From Bugula neritina (Eukaryota > Animalia > Bryozoa), in assembly GCA_964035545.1 (NCBI GenBank), contig CAXIUT010000057.1, forward strand, positions 175,896 through 208,984: a DNA stretch of 33,089 nucleotides, written 5' to 3'. This document shows, piece after piece, positions 27,762 through 33,089 of the stretch. The position numbers were made by a program, and so were the translations under genes. The notes below the pieces were generated by a model that did no database searches, had not been told where the DNA came from, and worked only from the letters and a program-made list of their open reading frames with translations. Each line of letters starts with the position of its first letter. The stretch's first letter is position 1.

Positions 27762-29566
27762 TCAATCTCTGATCATTTGATTATTTCTCCACACTCCCTC
27801 CACTTTCACCCCATTAACAGTAGTAAACAACCCCTTCCCATTCAACAAACCCTTCTAAAAACAACCCTACATAGTCTCACCATTCGCCAACACAATCGTC
27901 CCCAAACCCTACTTGATATCCTCAATAAAATCACCTAAATTAATCAATATTTACCTTCGTATTTAACCCAACAATCTCCCAACCTGTTGAAATCACGATA
28001 GTCAAATCCTGTCTCAAGAGGATTAGGATACTAATTAAACAATACACCCCTGCCATGGAATTTGTTATTAGTCCACTCCCCCACGTATGCTGGCCGGTTC
28101 GCAGCATAGAATAGCGATCCCTTACCCTGCAACATATCGTTCTTAAAATTGCCTTAGTAATAGACCCCATCAGCATACACAAGTCTTCCATATCCATTTT
28201 TGATATTTCCCTGCATCATGCCTTCAAATCGACTTCTATCCTCATAGTTCTGAACAACAAACATACATCTATTCTCTGTAACCAACTCAGTCGACATGAA
28301 AGGATCCATATTCTACAACATCTATGTCGATTTGACTTGCTTCAACTCTGGAGAACTGATATAATTCGGTTCTTTTGGCATATTATTCATATCTCTAGAA
28401 GTAAGCACTTGATAATACGACGGCTATTGCGATTTATTTATTTTTTGTATACCACTGCGAATCAATTCAATGAGTTTGGGATCAGTAAACATATTCTATT
28501 TATCTATTTGATTATGTTTCTATTTCTGTTTTTTCATCTTCTGTAAAATACTTGGATTTCTGGGTAAAGAATGTTATTATTTTACTTAATCCTAGCTATA
28601 CTTTTTACCTCTAGATTGTTGTTTTTATGATTATCTCTATCTATGAAAAGTATCCCCACTATAAACAAGAGACAACTACTGATTTTTTATATTTTGAGTA
28701 GCCATCTAGATAGATTTACTATTAGATATCGAATCAAGTCCACTAAAATACTATCTCACCAAATGACTAACCTCATCGAAAGTAAATCTTTCACTAGCAT
28801 CAATTTTCAACATATTTTTAAGCAAATAAATCAAAGCCTAATTATAAACCCTACCCAACTCCTTGATAAAACCATGCAATTTATTACTATTAAATCTCTT
28901 ATGCGACAACTCGTAACACGATCCGGGTGATCGAAGTATGGCTGAATGCAGGATGGTCATTCCTAGGCAAAAAACAGCTTATTTTTATATTTGTTCTTTA
29001 CTTTAGAACTAAACCTGAAAATTACTAATTTTCTAAGGAGAATAATAGTAATTCTAATTATACATATTCCTATAATTTCTATCACCCAAATCTCCATGCA
29101 TAATTTTAAGCGCCCCCTCAGGAACAATAAACACAACATAGGGAGACAAACTCATCATCATCTACTCCGACAACAACCCATTCAAACAACTCTGCAATAT
29201 ACTAAACAACTACACCTCTTAGAATGGTTTATTCTACTTCTCACGAGCATTGATCTCGTCAATCAACTTCACCTTAGGATACTAGTAAATCGAATATATT
29301 TTGTACAAGTTGGAACAGATGTTGTTATGCTACTTCGACCATATTTTGACCAATTGCAGTATGTTTTAGCAATTGTTGTTGTTCCTACTTGTCACCATCT
29401 TGAAGCGGTGCTCATACTACTGCTTCACCAAAAAACATTACTCTTTTAACGCATACTGACTGTTAGTAACCCGATCCTCATACAACTTCAAATTCCTCTA
29501 CTCACCCACCAACTCATGGTTATCCAAAAGAAAATCAATCGGCTCAGAAGAACTACTTGCACCCAT
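27762..29566 (-). CDS. N-myristoylation-motif pseudokinase fused to C-terminal MORN repeats, 594 aa; 20-nt intron at 27935-27954
   Basis: Starts MGASSS; kinase-like YYYSPE and VFCLGMTIL but no HRD or DFG; MORN repeats such as FEGMMQGNIKNGYGRL, YVGEWTNNKFHGRG and YEG|DF. Confidence 0.82.
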
Positions 29567-29652
29567 TTTAAATTTACCAATTATAACGGATTTAATATCC
29601 CTATTCATCATATCATCATCATAAATATAAAAACAGTTCAGTATATCATTTG

Positions 29653-30450
29653 TCATCTCAATTGTCTTTATTTTGGTTTGTTTTTGTACATTGAAAGCTA
29701 TTGCTGCAGTTTCTGGATTATTGATTTTTGCTTATTGCGGATTGTCTATGATTTCTTTAGCTCTTTTCTTAGAGTTTAGATTGTATGGTCCTGCTTCTTT
29801 GTATTGTTCTTCATTGTTTTTAGAAGATCTTTTGATGCTGATAACCTCTCGCTACATATACTTTTTGATCGCTGGGTTTTTTAGATAGATTGACGCATAA
29901 CATGCACTTATTTCTTCAATTGAGATAGCTCCTTATTTTTGGTATTGATCTATGATTCTTATGATCTCAAACTATTCCTTGACTGCTTGCTATTCACCCC
30001 AAATACATGAGTTTTCGACCGTTTTGACTTAGAAGTCACACGAGTGTTCTGTAAATTATTACTTTTCCTCACGATCTTACCCACCTTATTCATCACATCT
30101 TCTTTGTTCTAGTTATTCACACTGATCGGTTACCTCTCCTAAAGGTACACCTTTGTTATTTTCTTTGATTGTCCAGGATTGAAAGGATTGTTGTCAAGCA
30201 ACTGCTAAGAATCTATCCTCTCCACTTTACTTTCAAGATTCTCCAATTTCAACTGAAGCGTCTCTAGCTATTTCGACACCTCTTGCTGTTTCGAATCCAT
30301 CAGCATGGTATCTCTTGGCGAGTAAAATTTCTGAGAAGTAACCGAGAAGACCAACGAATCAGTCCGTTTTCTACAAAGCGGTGAAGCCAAATTATTCGAA
30401 TCTCTACTGTCTCTATCTTGCGAGTTAAGCAAACTAAGTGGTCGAATCAT
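29653..30450 (-). CDS. Hypothetical basic coiled-coil protein, 265 aa
   Basis: Open frame from ATG to TGA under TAR=Glu; Lys/Glu/Gln heptad-like stretches. Confidence 0.7.
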
Positions 30451-30476
30451 CTATATTTAACGATATGAAATGATAA

Positions 30477-32215
30477 TCATAATTTGGCTCCATTCTATTC
30501 CAACAACTCCACCAATGGCTGTCGCACATATCTGGTGAATTCCTCACTGTTTCTCTTGTTGGCCAGACACACCTGTCTCAACTATTTGTAGAAATCCTAT
30601 TCATGCTCTCGACCGAGGATTACGTTCCTGAGATAGTCGTATTCGACTGTCTAGCGCAACTAGTTCATCCTTGGAATGATTTTCTCGTAGCATTGCTGTT
30701 TCTGAGTGTGCAATTGGTCAAAGAAATCTTGTCTTGGTATTTTTAGGAGGTCATAGTTGATAAATTCAGCTCTAGAGGAAATATACTTCAGAAGTTCATA
30801 TTAAAGTAACTGACAGTGAAGGTTATCAGCTTAATATCTGAGATCATTTTCTCTTCTATGCATGATAAAGATGCTTGTCTGCTTCAAAAATTATCTTTTG
30901 AACTCTTGAGCTCTCAAAGTCTATTTCTTCAACCGCATGTTAATACAAATCGACATGAATGTACTGAAATATTATGGATAAGAAACAAGAGGACCTTTCA
31001 CATTCATAGTCATATACTTCTATATATCTTCATTACCAGTATACATTTGCATAGCACCCAAATACTTCTTAGATAACTTAGGAAACTAACTAGACTAATG
31101 CCCCGCCCTGAAGCAAACCCTCTAGATGCAACCAGGATGCCCAGAATACTGCAAATATCCAAACCCTCCACAACACTACCTCAAATGCACCAATTCCTGC
31201 AAAATGACATGATGAGATGATAGAAGCAACTACCCGAATATACGATATGATCGTGGTTCGCTGAGAACTTTGGCATATAGATCAGATAGAGCTTAATATC
31301 GAGAAAAAGCATTGATTATGCGAGTAGATACTGCTTGGTAGGTGAGTATGCAACGTTATTGTTTGGAGTTAGGCAGGTTTTTAAATTGTTTGCGCATTGA
31401 TGTGTAGTTGATAGTAATGAAAAGACTTTTCTGAAGATCAGATAAACTATAAGCAAATTATTCAATATTCTGCTTGAAATGGATATTACTAACCTTCTTC
31501 ACTTTATTTGCTTCAACTAAATAATCATATTGATACTTTATACAATGATTTCAGGTCTAACTCCATTGAAATTATACCCAACAGCTAGATAATCTTTACT
31601 GATCGTCTCCCCAAAATCAAATACATTGATTCCTTTCTAAAACTATCCAAATTGATTTCTTATCTTAACAATAGCCAATACTATCTTATTATTATCCTGA
31701 GTTAGAAAAGCAGCATAGCTGATGTAGGGACTGGTAACCGCCGAATAGAAATAGCTATCTTTATCCATTATTATCCGATTGTTATCAATTCTGATAGTAC
31801 TCGATTTGCTAACCTTCAAATCTATATTTTTAGTCTAACTGATAAATGCACCAATAGATTCCTATTTGATCATATTTTTAACAAAAGAAAGAATCTACTC
31901 ATTTTTAAATATCTTCAATATCTCCATAAAAATGTCATTATGATGCTGCAAAACATAATTCGCATAAAAACTATTGACCGTATTATAACGTAGCTGATTC
32001 ACATTCATGTGACCTTTCTTTATCATCTACTTAACATATTTGATTTATTTGATATTACGATGATGTCGATCATTGACATCATCATTGTAGCTGTCGTAGT
32101 CACTCGAGTAGAGGATCTTACTACCTTACTGCATCTTTTTAAAGTGTTAGTAATTTTATGCAGTACCTTGATGCTCGATTGCCATCTGTCTTAGCAATAC
32201 TTTGTTTTTTTGCAT
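30477..32215 (-). CDS. Divergent acyl-CoA oxidase-like protein, 572 aa; 20-nt intron at 31517-31536
   Basis: LRECCGGFGYL (ACOX R-x-x-CGG-x-GY motif) and IRNQFGEFEKGINVFDFG (compare ACOX IR...PGI.VGDIG). Confidence 0.65.
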
Positions 32216-32281
32216 TATGACGTAAAATAGATATAAATAGATCCATAAAATTATCTATTCAAGATTTATATTGATAATTCA

Positions 32282-32994
32282 TCAAGTCTCAACCTCCTAC
32301 GGCAATAGCTGAGAACCACGCTATGATTCATTTTGATCCTACAAATACTCAGGATTCATTTTAGCATTTATACTACTACCCTTAGGCATGTCGTCCTTCA
32401 AACTTCCACTGTTAGATTAGCCATTTATACTATTACCTCCATTCACACTATTCGCCTCTTTTACACTATGGTCATTTACACTGTTATGGGAACTGATCTT
32501 CTGCCCTCCGTTTATTTTAGGTGGTATGTTATTCTGCTTTTCAAATGAAAGAAATTGGACTTCTTATTTTTGTTATTGTCTTGGCTTCTATCGTGAAATT
32601 GGTCTTGTAGATACTTTAGGGCCGATTTGCTTGTACCTGTTCTTGTCGATTGGCGGTGGAGCTATAATACTAACTTTCATACATTTATAAACTGCTTGAT
32701 CTTGCTAGCGTTTTTTTCCATAGTTCCATTGAGGCTTATCATCCTTTTTCTTCAGAGAAGGACTTCTCGCATCTTTTATTTACTCCTTCTTTACGAGTCT
32801 ATGATCTTCTCTTGAGACTGAATCGATGAATATTTACTTGAGCGTTGACGTTGAGGTGGATTCTGTGGTGATGAAGAGGTCAATGAGTTGATTTGTTGTT
32901 GTAGTTGATGGTTTTGATGTTAAAGTTGATATATTTTTTAGCGAAGAGGGTTTACAACTGCCTAAATGAGCTATATGACTTCCTGTTATTGCAT
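32282..32994 (-). CDS. Hypothetical low-complexity protein, 230 aa; 20-nt intron at 32818-32837
   Basis: ATG at 32994; intron gtaaatattcatcgattcag joins two open frames; TGA at 32282-32284. Confidence 0.68.
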
Positions 32995-33089
32995 TGATAT
33001 AAAGTTATTATTAACTTTCCGCTGAGATAAATAAAAAATACCAATGAATAAATAATGATCTTACTCATAATATAAATAAGAAGATCACG

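Noticed and set aside
31017-31036. GTA..AG 20-mer (gtaatgaagatatatagaag, minus strand) in the ACOX-like gene
   Set aside because: The frame is open without splicing, and removing it would break the frame.

Overview
End of a ciliate macronuclear chromosome: a (CCCCAA)n telomere at 1-96, then gene-dense AT-rich DNA. The supplied ORF track uses the wrong genetic code. At invariant protein motifs both TAA and TAG encode Glu and TGA is the only stop (peritrich-type nuclear code, NCBI table 30). Re-read this way, with tiny GT-AG introns that are mostly exactly 20 nt, the window holds about 18 genes. Recognisable ones: PMCA Ca2+-ATPase, NDUFB7, a ULK-like kinase, Vps54, a LAMMER/CLK kinase, a stand-alone Yvh1/DUSP12 zinc-binding domain, a RING/B-box/coiled-coil/LRR protein, an AFG3-type m-AAA protease, a pseudokinase-MORN protein and a divergent acyl-CoA-oxidase-like protein. 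Four more are hypotheticals. The most striking element is a subtelomeric family of five secreted Cys-rich genes (four tandem, one inverted). Each has a signal peptide, one hypervariable 10-Cys domain, two nearly invariant acidic 10-Cys domains and a very basic 8-Cys tail. The constant parts are mosaic between copies, which suggests gene conversion. All translations and coordinates were worked out by hand and no database searches were run.
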